This document shows, one piece after another, positions 11,528 to 23,653 of a DNA stretch of 64,000 bases. Source of the stretch: Psilocybe cubensis (taxonomy: Eukaryota); NCBI GenBank assembly GCA_017499595.2, contig CM039006.1, forward strand, positions 1,550,001 to 1,614,000, written 5' to 3'. The first letter of the stretch is position 1. Each line of letters begins with the position of its first letter. The notes below the pieces were generated by a model, which searched no databases, was not told the origin of the DNA, and was given only the letters and a program-made list of their open reading frames with translations. Position numbers and translations under genes: made by a program.

Positions 11528-14440
11528 TTATCGAAGATTCTTCTTGTGGCTGATGGCATCATTTCGATTGGAGGATGGTTCTGAGCAAAGCCTTGGGGTG
11601 ATCTGGTTTTGACCGTCCATGTCGCTCGCGTGTCCAGTGAGTGAGATGGAGATAAAATCTGTGCGTATTTGATGTCAGTGATTTCACAGAATAACGTCGA
11701 TCAGAAAGTGCTTTTTAACCTGCTAGTTGACCGCCAAATTCAAGGGCTACTCCTTTGACTAAAAGGTCTCCCAGTACATAGGGCTTGTCCGAGGGAACCT
11801 CGAACTCGGCGCGCATGTACTAGAACATTAATCAGAACGATCCAGGTAAGAAAAGAAGAAGCTTCAGTTACAGTGCCCTCGCGGCCACGAGTCCACTTCC
11901 ACCATTTGCTTGGGTCATCACCGTCGGGAGCCTCTATTTGACCCCAGCTAATGCTACACACCGCAGTGTCAAGATATTCCTAACCGACACTGATGGAGAC
12001 CGTCGTACCTGTCTATGTATAACCCAACAGGGTTCTTGAGAGTGACCATCGCGCCAGACCGCGCAAACGTATTCACTTCTGCACCGATCTAGGTATGAGC
12101 AAAATAAGCGCCCAATGCGTCAGTGTACTGTGTAAAAGAAGTTCAATGACTGACATGGGGATCGGAATTCCGGTTGGGGTTTCCATAACCACTACAACGA
12201 ATTAGCTCATCTGCATCGGTGATAGGGGTACCATCTAATCGCTTGCGGAGCACAGTTGCCCGGGCCCCATCAGCAAAAGTGCTCGGATCCCCAAATGCCT
12301 TGACAAGGCATTTGGAGGCGTCCAAAGGCCCCAATGCCCGAAAGGCATTGTGCGGTTCGTAACGAGAGACTCCGAAGACTGAAAGGCTTCGAATTATTTA
12401 TTCCAAGCAAATGATTTAGGTAGTACTAAATATAGCCAAATCATTTGGTTAAAATTTGAGTGTCCGTAACATTTAGGCAACATTTGGGAGTCCCAAAAAC
12501 ATTTGGCAAACATTTGCCAGTGTTTAAATGTTTTACACAGTTCACATGGTTCATTATTTAGTGGATCCCTCAGATTATCATAGCAAGTAAAAAGAACTTG
12601 TTGCATTAAGAAAACTTATACTACAACATGACTCCAAAAGGTACAGAGAAGCGAGAAAGTGGTTAAATAACAAAATGATGCTGAGACGATGTCATCAATA
12701 GATGGTACCCATGAATTATAGGAGCTACTTTGGTCGCATAATGTAAGCAAGGTGTGTGTGCAGAAGTGCGCATATACTCACCTAAAAGTTTGGGAACTAG
12801 TGAATGATTATATACCAAGCCGGATATCCAGTAGATCTAAGGCAGAAGGAGAACGGTCTACGGAAAGGCAGATACATGGTCAGTTGAGGATGATCTAATC
12901 AGAAAGGAAGTGGCAGAATTACCTGTGAGTTAGATTCAGCTATGATATACGAAGACTTAGAGTTGAAAAGTCCAAGCCCAAGTCCCACCAAGCGTCGCCG
13001 GAGTAGTGAACATGAGAGTATGTGGAAAGAAAGAAACGGGGGTTGAAAGAGATTATTATGCACAAACAAACAAATATTTGATCTCCGATTCACTCCGATT
13101 CACGCTGATCGCATTGTGACTTCGTTGACAGTCGAGAAATTGTACAGACCGGGTGACCAACTGTACAGAATTCTAATTAGAACTAATGTGGCTGTATAGC
13201 CAGTAAATTTTGGTGTGGATGAATTATTTCATCAGCATTTGAAAGTCCTGTAAACATTTCTCATAACCGAAGTGTAAAACCAAATGTTTTGTGACCTCTT
13301 TTAATTTTGTTAAATGATTCCTTCAAGGTTGCACAGTGTACAAATTTTTTTTTGTAAATTGTAGTTACTAGAAATTATTTGGTGCTTGTTTTGTGATTCA
13401 AAAATGTTTGTGGGGCCTCCAAATGACCACCAAATGATTTGAGTGTTCCCAAATGTTGCCCAAATGTTTTGCGTGACATTACTGTGTCACGTAAAACATT
13501 GGCATGCCTTATAAGGCTCCCAAGGCATTTGGGGGTCTGGTCACTTTTGCTGATGCCCCAAGTCCACTTCCGCACCCAGTGTATTCGCGTCTTGAATCCT
13601 GCAAATAGGTTCTCCTTTAATTACGATGATTTCAAATAAACGAGTAGTGGTTTTTCACTGACAAATGCATGATGGATCCGGTATTGGTGTTGTTGTTCCA
13701 TTTGTTGCGAGGGTTGTATACTCCTTGTTGGTCGAAGAGATCTGCCTTCTTGATATCAAATCCGGGATTGAGAGTCTGATAAAGCTCCACCAGCGTATCT
13801 GGTTGATATTTCCCCAAGAACTTGTAGTACTGTTAAAGTCGACGAGAGGTATTCAATATCGTTGGATGAACTGAAATAGCTATGCTTCCTACCTCTGGGC
13901 CTTCGTTGCAGAATACGATTCTGAGCATTTTCCCTTTGTCATCCCTCTTGATGGACCTGGAAACCATCGATTTTGCAGCGTGATTGGTGAGGCCGGTAAA
14001 AGGAAAACATTAACATACCATTCGCAATATTCGTCCTGAACATCTCTGGCCGCGTCGGCAACCTTCCACCTCTTGTGGTCAGCCGGGTTGGCGATCTTAA
14101 CCTGAAGGGGAAACCTTGAGAATAAATCCAGAAGCTTTTAAACAAATCTGTTCCAACTGACCTGCTTGGGAAACGCGATCCAAGTAATCTTCGCGTCATT
14201 CTGGGGATCCTTTTCCATGACCTTGGTAGCATCGTAGAACTGGGGCTCCAAAGTAGGCGTCACACGATCAGTGAGCATGAATGAAGATATTTGTTGGCTC
14301 CTGTTAATTGGGCGGAAGTCAAACATTAGCGCTTAGCCTCGACATTGAGGTCGAAGTTTGATGAAGTCATACCATAATTTCTTGTTCTCCTCTGTGAGGT
14401 CATCAACGAATCCCGGTGGGTCGTGATACTTCAAAGACAT
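11528..14440 (-). pseudogene. Uncharacterised ~300-aa protein ('gene A', QDEYCEW / RNSDPHIG motifs), 10 exons, interrupted by a TIR element
   Basis: Manual splicing gives MSLKYHDPPGFVDDL...QFYDATK...ITWIAFPKQV...RWKVADAARDVQDEYCEWSIKRD...IVFCNEGPEYYKFL...YNPRNKWN...MHLIQDANTLGAEVDLG[insertion]ARATVLR...LIRCSGYGNPNRNSDPHIGAEVNTFAR...NPVGLYID...APDGDDPSKWWKWTRG...YMRAEFEVP...FGGQLADFISISLTG...KKNLR*. All nine introns are GT-AG and I found no lesion other than the insertion. Confidence 0.85.
12268..13555. mobile_element. Non-autonomous TIR DNA transposon (1,288 bp), CMC/CACTA-like architecture
   Basis: Left end CATCAGCAAAAGTGctcggatCCCCAAATGCCTTG; right end reverse-complement CATCAGCAAAAGTGaccagacCCCCAAATGCCTTG. 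Many subterminal CAAATG/CATTTG repeats in both arms. Removing the element plus 2 C's restores the V-D-L-G-A-R-A-T-V frame of gene A (2-bp TSD CC). No transposase ORF. Confidence 0.88.
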
Positions 14441-14823
14441 CGTATTTGGTGGATAGTTTTTGAAACTAGTTGAGTCTCTTTTTAAGGCTTTTAGGGCCTT
14501 AAACTCCTATGATTATGATTGGCGTTCTAATAAACGGACTGAGACTTGAAAATGTTGAATTTCCCTGGTAGAATCTAGCTGCCCACTAGGCTACCCTAAT
14601 AACAGTCCGAGACTTGCAAATATTAAATTGTCCTGGTAGAAAATGTCTACGGACATTGCTGAACTATGACGTCGTTGCTACGATGTTTATTTTATAATCA
14701 GTTTTGTCGGGCAGTCGTTGCAAAATTTACTCTTCTTTTCGTTCAATTGACAAGTTTTTAAAAACTTGGAACTACCTTATCTGACTCTCGTCTACTTGTA
14801 TTCACACTTGCTGGTTGAAACGT
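14441..14823. promoter_or_regulatory. 383-bp divergent promoter between genes A and B with a ~46-bp imperfect direct repeat
   Basis: ATGs at 14440 (minus) and 14824 (plus). Repeat copies: ctaataaacggactgagacttgaaaatgttgaatttccctggtagaa (14527-14573) and ctaataacagtccgagacttgcaaatattaaattgtcctggtagaa (14596-14641). Confidence 0.6.
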
Positions 14824-17082
14824 ATGGCCTCCTCCGAGCCTATACTGTCCTCCATTGCAGGGATTGACCCATCACCTCGCTATCTATCCCCTAAAGAGGT
14901 CGCTGAACTTACGGACTGGTTTGGCCAATGGCTAGCAAAGACTCCTATATCTAGTAGGCAGCTCACTCTTCGAAGTCTCCTCAAGGAGGTCCTCCCTGCG
15001 GACAGTTATTCAATCTTTGCTGTTGCTGATGGCATACCTATCGTCTATGACCATGCCAATCCTGACAACCCTCTCAATTCTGTTTCTCGTCATCTGCGCT
15101 TCATTATCATTGCTCTTCCAGACAAGGCTCTCCAAGAAACATTTAAGCTCAAGGAGGCTATTCTACGTCGGACGCTGTGTATTGTTGGGAGCTCTAGTCC
15201 TGATTCAAAGTCGAAATTTCTCCAGTGCGCAAGCTGGGATCCGAAAGGATTAAATCAGAAACACGGATTCGGCCTCATGCACTTTTACGAACGCTTAGGG
15301 CCGGATTGGATCTATGTTGGCAATAGTCTGAACGCGGTAAGTTGCAAACCTTACTCCTCTTTTCTCTTGTTTGACAATCTCTTAATGTCGTTCCCCCAAG
15401 TTCAATACCCTCTCAATCAACCGAGGTCCATTCGATGGGTGAGTAACTGGAGAACCTTTTTGCTCATATGCACGCAGCTTATGCGATGTTATAGACATGT
15501 GGGCGGTGGTTTAATTATGAAGGTAGGACAAAAGTTCTTCGCCTAAACATCCGATAACTAATCTCATTTCCTTGCAGGAACTCACGAGCCCATGGACTCA
15601 CTGGTTTGACACCAACCGCGACGATTTTATAAGCTCCCTGGGCTCCACCAAAGGTCATCCATCGAAATGTGACCCCAACAATGCTCTCAACGACGTGTTA
15701 TTCAGTGGACCCAATGGGCCTCCTCTTTCTCTCGTTGTATGTTTACTTAAGAGAGTCTCCGTAGAGTCTTCCTGATATTTTGTCTCCAGCGACGGGCAGA
15801 AGACTTAGAACCTATTGTCGAGTTGTCAGTCTCAAAGTGGTATGATGCCAGATTCGGTATGGGATCGTCGTCGTAAACCAGTCGTTATGATGTTTCTGAT
15901 TGCTGCGTCCAATTAGCGCATGACTTTTTAGACCCAGATGATCTCAAGCCTCTTCCAAAGACCACCGCTGTCAGAGATTGGGTTGGTCACATTTTACTCA
16001 GTCGCAGTATGAATATTGCTACCAGTCCAACGTCCAACGCCGAGGTTAAACAACAGGCTAATATCAACGGGATACCTGCGACGCTTTTCTTTAACTTGAA
16101 TGCTATAGAACGTCTGCTTCCTGATGCGGGTCCTTCGAAGGTGGGCAATCTAGTTGTTTTAAAGCGCGGTACATTTACCGGAGCCATCACAGGCATATAC
16201 CGTTGATAATGCAGTTTATGTTCAAGCTGTCGAGTCGCTGGGGTTAAGTTTGTATTACGATGATTTTTCAACTGATCCCCCGACACAGAGCCTTGCAGTT
16301 AAGGGATCAGAAGGACCCTTCGCTTTCCCAATCATCGAACCTGGCTTGGAAGATTATCAAGGTATCAGAACATTGGTTAACAAATCTAGCCTCGCAACTC
16401 TACTCCCACAAAAGGCCATCACAGCCATGCTGATGGTTGATTTTTAGTGCGTCAGACTGCCTGGATACTTTCGTCCATTGTGAGCCAATCCTAACAAGTA
16501 AACAGCAATCCCATCTACTCTGCTCGCCGCGAAGGCCTGATGCAGTACGTGCCCCATAACGCGTCCCTCAAGGAAGACGGGAAGACGTACGATGCATATG
16601 ATCAGTTCCTCGCCAACCTGAAAGCATCACCGGCGTCGAAAGACCCTAAGTCCGCCGAGTTCGAGCTCCTCCAACTTCTTGACACTCCGGATGAGTCCTA
16701 CGTCGAAATTTTCACCAAACGAGTCAATGCGTACCTCGAAAAAGTTGCGGAGCGGATGAACAGTGAAGCGAATATCAAGGTTTCAGCAGTGCAAGAATAT
16801 ATGACGCTCGCAGACGGTCGGAGGAGGTTGTATCGAGGTCGAGAGAACCAAAAAGAGTCAGCTGGGCTGAATGAATTCTTGCTCACTTTACCTATAATGG
16901 ATCAAGCCCTACCGCTCATTCGCATGATGGAAGATGGGACGGTTACAGACATGGATACTGCGGAGATTGCGTTTTTCAGCAAGAAGAATCAGGAGAAAAT
17001 ACATGCTTTGGATATGTGTTACGCCAGTGCCCCTGGATTGGGAGGTTGTCCAGCCATGATGGCACAGAGACATAGTCCTTAA
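14824..17082 (+). CDS. Uncharacterised ~600-aa protein ('gene B', GPFDGHVGGGLIMKEL..PW..W motif), 8 exons, intact
   Basis: Spliced product: MASSEPIL...FLQCASWD...MHFYERLGPDWIYVGNSLNA|FNTLSINRGPFDG|HVGGGLIMK|ELTSPWTHWFD...RRAEDLEPIVELSVSKWYDARF...ILLSRSMNIATS...PATLFFN...FAFPIIEPGLEDY...MLMVDFY|NPIYSARREGLMQYVP...RRR...GGCPAMMAQRHSP*. All junctions are GT-AG and in frame. Confidence 0.85.
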
Positions 17083-17212
17083 GCTTTGGTTTGGTCTGTG
17101 TAATTTGTGCATATCAGTACCAGCAAATATTTGTAGAAAGTTTGCCTGTCACATCATGCTTAGTAGAATCACCGAACGATGGGCACCTTGTACACATGCG
17201 CCACATGTCTCA

Positions 17213-17494
17213 CAGCGGGTGGGTTTGGCGCTTCTGGAGCTATTGCAACTATATATGCTAAACTTGGGCAGGAAAAAGAGGGTTGGAGCGACGATGTCAG
17301 GAACGCCGCGAAGGAGATTTACCTTTCAGCAATAAAGGACGGCGCTCACATCGCTGCAGTGTATCATAGAAGTACAATACACGAAACTTTTCAGTTCCTT
17401 TGTGGCGAGACCATTGTCGGTGCTCCCCCTCGAAGTTCGAACGCACTTTTCCTGTCGCATGGCCATCGTGGGCGTTGTGGAATGAGCCGCCAGC
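17213..17494 (-). pseudogene. Inverted, decayed copy of the PRP3 5' end (5'UTR, exon 1, introns, micro-exon, exon 3)
   Basis: The reverse complement aligns colinearly with 8950-9222. Shared blocks include gggcaggaaaaagagggttggagc, atttacctttcagcaa, ctcacatcgct, ggcgagaccat and catcgtgggcgttgt(a/g)gaatgagccgccagc. Indels and a damaged intron-1 donor are present. Confidence 0.88.
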
Positions 17495-17538
17495 GTGACT
17501 GACCAACAAAGTCACTCTCAACGTCTTACATAATCGTC

Positions 17539-18382
17539 ATGTTTTCTCTCTCCTCCCTTTCCCGGCGCACGCTGGGCGGGCTGTCCAGGGTGCTCGCCGC
17601 CCCCGCCCCCGCCCAAGCTCCCACCGCGCTCTCCCCGTTATCAATATTCACCCGTGCGCGCTCTCAGCTTGCGCCAAAACAGGTCAAGCACATCAAGCGG
17701 CACAAGGGCAGGGTGCCTATCCCGACGGGCGGGTCGACCAAGGGCACGACGCTCGCATATGGCGACTGGGGCATCCGCATCAAGGGTAACGGCGCGCGAC
17801 TGTCTGCGAAGCAGCTGACGACGGCGCAGGAGGTGATTGTAAAGAAGCTCAAAGTTCTCAAGGGGAGCAAGGTGTATTTGAGGGTCTTCCCGGACATCCC
17901 AGTGTGCATCAAGGTGCGTGTTTGCGCTGTGGTCTGTATGTGTGGATGGGGCGTTGATGGTCGTCGGACAGGGTAATGAGACGCGTATGGGTAAAGGAAA
18001 AGGAACGTTCGAGTTCTGGGCGACACGGTGAGCACCCCCGTCATCTACCCAACACACCGCCGCACGAGCCAACCCATGCTTTAGTGTGCCAACAGGCCGA
18101 GTCATCTTTGAGATAGGCGGCGTGCCCATCCGCGAGGAACTCGCCCGTGATGGTATGTATTCCATGCATCTTGTTCTCCACCCCTTGTTTTCCACCGGTC
18201 TCACACCACCTCCAGTCCTGCGCCTCGCAGCAGCCAAACTCCCCACGCAGATGGAATTTATTACCCGCTCGTCTCTTCCCCGCCTCGGAAATCTTCTTAT
18301 CCCACCACCACCCCCAAAACAGGTCGACGTGTCAGCTATCCCTGCAGCACCTTCAGCCGAATCTGCCCCACCCTCGGCATAG
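17539..18382 (+). CDS. MRPL16: Mitochondrial ribosomal protein uL16m
   Basis: Arg/Ser-rich presequence, then KRHKGRVPIPTGGSTKGTTLAYGDWGIR...RLSAKQL...YLRVFPDIPVCIK|GNETRMGKGKGTFEFWATR|VPTGRVIFEIGG...LRLAAAKLP. Confidence 0.95.
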
Positions 18383-19795
18383 ATTTTTTTGATTGCTATC
18401 AATCGTAGGTCGTTGACAAGTCGCGCATATATTTGCTGTCTACCCCCCGATATTGCTAATTAATACGATTCCTTGAATATTCCTGTGTCGCTTGCAGATA
18501 AGAAACGCTGGGGGACAGTCAACTTGCCTTTTTTCTTTGCTAGCAGCGCTACTATCCCACCTTTCATCTCGGGTTTAAACATACATTGGATTTCAATTCT
18601 ACCGTACCGTGAAATTTATCTCACATTCACGTGGTTCTCGGCCAAGCCAACTATCGCTCTTGCTCTAGCACCTTGTAACCCCAAAGCGCAAATCCTGGTT
18701 CAAACGCTTCCCAGAACCAGTGGTCACGGAGGGAACCATTGCCAATTAGTATAGACGCGAAATTGGCCTCTACCACTGGTACTGCAACACAGCAATTACG
18801 ACATTCGCAATTTTCCTCTTCGTATGCGTTTTGCGCCCCCTTGTCGATGGTCGTCCGTCTTCCATCGTTGTCCCATGGCTGATAACTGATGTTTCCTTGA
18901 ATGCTGCTTCTCTACGGTCCCATTTCTCTCAACGTCGACCTAAACCTCGACTCTTTAAAACATCTCGAAATTGTCGGCATACCCGATTGGCCCGTTTTGA
19001 CTCCCTGATCGTTACACACATATGCACCACGCACATCTGCATCGGAGCCAGCATCGTTATTATAACCAGAAACAGACGAACGAACTCAGGCTCAGTCGAC
19101 TCGACCTGGCCACTCTCACTCTTTTGCAATTTGTTGCACTGTTAATCTTGTTCTTCTGATTATTTGCACTGGATCATTGATCATTTATCATGATTGCGTT
19201 CGTTTTCTGAGAGAGAAAGCTGTGAAATATGAAGTGATGTGATAAGAACTGAGATGTTAACTGAGCTAAGGTATTGACAGATACTTAATACGAGGGTGAA
19301 GGTCCCCCACCCCCGCGACCGCGACGCCCGTCCACTCTACTCTACTCACAAGTACGCATCGTCCGCGATCAGCGAGATCAGTCGGAATCTAACCGGCTTC
19401 AAAACATTGTTTGGGTCGGTTGAGATTAACGCTCTTGTTCGTAGTTTGACGTTCGAAGTTTGACATGATAAGATGCTCTGGCCTCACCCCAGCAAATTTC
19501 CAACTGATTGTCAGAGTACGGACGATGTCGCTCGAAATCAACGTGCACTTGCTACAGACCCCAACGACTTCCGAACGTCCTAAGAATTTCGTACTCAAAA
19601 CAAAAAATGAACGTGTGTACAAAGCGTCCTTCATCCCCTCTGCGAGATAATGACTAGATCTAAAATGTAAATAAAATGTTAAACCATGCATCCACCGTCG
19701 AAAATGTACAACGTGAGGAACTCGAGCCGGTATGAAACCCTCTGTTCATGATACGGATACTACTAATAAGGTGCTTAATGTACTAATAGTGGGCC

Positions 19796-22028
19796 CTACA
19801 CCAGCGTGCTGCCAACCACTTTGTGTACGTGGACCTCCAAACCTGACTTTCCGTTCTGACTGCGCCGAGCATGGTCTTTGGTATCTAGCTCTATTACCTC
19901 GTGTATCTGTTGAAATGAGCACACACATACGCCAAGGCGACCCCAAAGAAACAAGTTAATATTTCGCTCACAAACACAAGCTGAAAAACAGCATCGAAAA
20001 AAACAAAAAAGGAGGAATTTCACACACTCACAGCAGTGTTCTTCCTATCACTCGAGCTAGCTCCTGCAGCTGCAATGTAAGACGGGCGGATGATCTTGCC
20101 TGGCGTGACGACGGCTGTGAGCCTTTTCGTGAGCCGCCCGAAAAGCAGGTTCGCATCGTTCTGGGTGATGCTACGCGCGGCGTCGGTTCCCACGCTCGCT
20201 GAGTTGCCGGTGTGTACTTGTGGGTCGCGCGAGTTTAGGCTGGGATAGAGTGCGAGGTGAGATGCGCCCACGAGAGTCAGTCCGTGCGATGGAATTCATG
20301 GGGAGAGGAAGCTTACGTTGACAGTAGAGAATTGGTGTATAGCTTGCACAGCGTAAAGTCGAAGACGAAATTGATGTTTGTTGCCTATTCCATTCCATTC
20401 GTAAATAAATTTATTAGGGCAAGGAAATAGAAATAAATGAAATTAGATGCGTACCGGAAGAAGGAGGAACACGATAAAATCTGCCAAGGCGAATATGGTG
20501 GTGATGGTCCCCGTCTGGATTGTAACTAACAGCCAAGAAACATACAGCATTCAGCAATCTTGCAGTATCCCTCCACAACCCAAACCATGTGCGGAGAAAC
20601 TATAAACAAACCCAAAAGAGAAAGGTACGCACACAAAATTATCCTTGTAATCCTATCATCAGTCGCTTTGATCCCCGTTCTGCATTTATACTGTGTAACC
20701 ACGTCTCAGCATAAGCGCCACACCTCATAAGCATGGATTCTCCGCGTACCAGAGACATGGACAGAGAAAGTGTGATAAGCGCGTCCGCCACGGCTGAGCT
20801 CCCAAGCCACACGATGAGCGCCGGCTCGACGACGGTGAGGTTCATGCGTTCGCTGATCTGTACCGTCATCACAAACACCGCTACTCCGCCAACTGCGAAA
20901 AAATGAAAAGGCCAAAAAAAAAAAAAAAGAATCATGGTCAGTAGGGTGTAACGACTGTATGGATTTGGATGCCGCCAGTGCTTTAACCAAGGCACCAATG
21001 ATCGCGGGAGTGTCAAGTGAAGGAACGCTGACGTACTAAAGGAACATATTCCGAAGAACACTATGATGGCTGGCATAATAGTCGATTGACTGACGACTTT
21101 AATCCGCCATGCAATGAAGAACTGGACTGGGGTCGAGAGCAGGACCTATAAACGGTATAAAACACGCAAAAGGTACTTAGAAAGCAGATATACACAAATA
21201 AAGGAACACCCCCTGTATTCGGGCACGGGCGCTTACGGTCACAATGGCATCTACGGAGAGTGCGAACACGAGGGTTAGCAATGTAAAAATAACTTCAAAC
21301 TCTCAAAAATCAGGTTTACCTGGCTTCATCACTGCCAGTGAGAGTTGGATGTTGTACTTTAGTCAGGAGCTGTTAATTTCAATGTGGTGTGCTTCTTACT
21401 CGTAGGGACCTGGCTTAATGCAACTGAGGCGCCTGTCCATTGGTTATTAGGAAATGATCAAGAAAAAACCAAATGGCATATTCTTTTTACCGAAGTTGAG
21501 TACAAGAGGTTCAAATACCACTGCGATGTCGAATACCGTGTTAATAGTCTCGATAATGAAGAGGTACAAGATCTAATTTGCAGTATGTCAAGTCCCAGTT
21601 CTAAACCTTTTAAAAATATAAAAAAAACATACAAAATAACGGATCCACTGGGGGTCCCTAGAATTATCTCAATTTTATGTCAAGATATTAGTATATTCAT
21701 GGCTACGCTACCTTCTGTACGTCCTGTAATAAGTGAACGACTTTGTAGATCAGCAAGATTAATGAGCGACTCCGGTGAGTGGTAAGTGTAACCAAGTCGA
21801 CTTACTTGGATCGCACAGACCTATTCATTAACGGGACGGTTGGTGTGAGCTTGTGTCTTATTTTCTTTCTCTACGAGCCTACTCACGCCGTACAACATAG
21901 AGTTAAGAATAGCCCCTATGAGAAGCGGGCCTAGACTACCTCAGAAATCGTTAAGCACAGTAAAAAAATGGATGCAATCGAAGAACGTAAAATATTTACG
22001 TGGCTGATACAGCAAACGGGACCGTCAT
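19796..22028 (-). CDS. DUF6534-like multi-pass membrane protein
   Basis: GPLLIGAILNSMLYG; VQFFIAWRIKVV; WLGSSAVADALITLSLSMSL; RTGIKATD; TIQTGTITTIFAL; KLYTNSLLSTLNSR. The start exon is uncertain. Confidence 0.75.
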
Positions 22029-23653
22029 GTCCGAGATTCAGAGGGGATACAATGGCACTAAGGTCGGAAAGGGTGGAGTGGAGCGCAAATAAGAGGATAT
22101 TTGTAGCAAATTCTTTGACCTTGAATTATTCCCAGCATCGCCTATCGAACCCTGCGAAAATGAAGAGTTCGAAGAAACCATCACCAACCGATGATAGACT
22201 AGCTTATGAGGTCGTATGTACATGGAATATATTTCAATTCTTGCGCCGCCGCAGTGTGGAAACCCGAAGGGCGCCAACGCCGCGATGTTCCAGGGCTAAT
22301 TATAGACAAACAATTTTGGGTGTTTTTGTGTCACAATGTCAAAGTGGCGTCTGCTTCCAGTGTATAATCTATTCTGCCATGGGTTCTGATGGCAACTCAA
22401 AGATTCGGTTTTACCCCAGAATTCTAAAGGTTTGCTTTTAATTGGCATATCCTACGCGTACATTCCTGCCTGCTTATTCAAGTTAGACATAAGAAGGCAC
22501 AGAACTCGCGATTCGTATGGAAAGCCGGAAGAGCGAGGTGGGCCTGCCTATAAGAACAAATAGCTTGAATAGCATAAGCCAAAACTATAGGGAATGACGA
22601 AAACGGGCGATAATAATCTCCAACTTTATGAAGCAACGTCCTAGAATACGCTGATGTCACTTACTTTCAAGTCAACGTGTGATGTATTTGTAACCTCACC
22701 CACCAAAACTTCCGACTTCCGAGTCCTGTGCCGATGAAATTTAAAGGAGTAATTCAAATCAAGCATGCAGTTGTGGTATATGTATTCATCATGTATACAG
22801 TGTCGTTCCAGATTGTAGGAGCTCTATCAATACCCAATCTCTATCGCGATCGAATCAGAAAACGGACAGTTAAGCATCATGTAGCAGGTAAACAGCGATT
22901 GAGAAGTCTTGATGTTCATTTTTGGTTTATTTTGGCTCTTAAGCCAAAACTACTCCAGCGGCAGGAACAGCAAAAGGGCAAATCCAACATCGCAATTACA
23001 ACAAATCGCGTCCAGAAGTTATACTTCATAGTCAGCATGCTTTGAGGTAGGTGTCAAACTCTGCTGGGTTGAGAGATCCAGCTCACTTCTCCCAGTGTAT
23101 ACTGTGCGTATGATTGAACTACACAATAGACCCTGCATTGTTCTTGAGCTCATACTTCCCGTGCGTGTAGCAAATCCGGTGATGGCGGTCATACATGCCA
23201 TATCGAGACAAGTTCTCCCTGACTGTTTAGGTGGGTGTTTCTAAAGTGTGATAAGCATTTGGGATCATTGTTATTGAAGCGAATATTGGAGCTTTACTGA
23301 GATACCTTTATGCAGCGTTCGACTTGACTGCGTTAGGATCTCACTTTATAATTCAACTTTACACGAGGATGAGAAAGTCTATTTATAGTTTTACAACAAC
23401 CCAACTTGAATCTTCGCTGTGCCACACGTTCAGCAATATCCACGACATCCACAATATCACCTCAAGCGGTTAGCGTGATAAATTATATCAATCTATTCCA
23501 TCGCTTCGTTGACATCTGAAAACTGCCTGAGAGTGCGGTGGCGATGGGGACTCTGTTATCCCCCTTCAAAGTATTGTATTTAGTTGCTCCACGTAAAGCA
23601 ATCCTTCAGGCTTCTCTCTTTGCTCCCCATCACCACTGATATCGTCGGAAAAG

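Noticed and set aside
12650-13150. Possible transposase or captured gene remnant inside the TIR element (KSPSPSPTKRRRS)
   Set aside because: Too short, with no recognisable motif or extended frame.
17105-17521. Overlapping short ORFs upstream of MRPL16
   Set aside because: They are by-products of the inverted PRP3 relic, not genes.
17641-18402. 253-aa antisense ORF
   Set aside because: Shadow of MRPL16, running through its introns.
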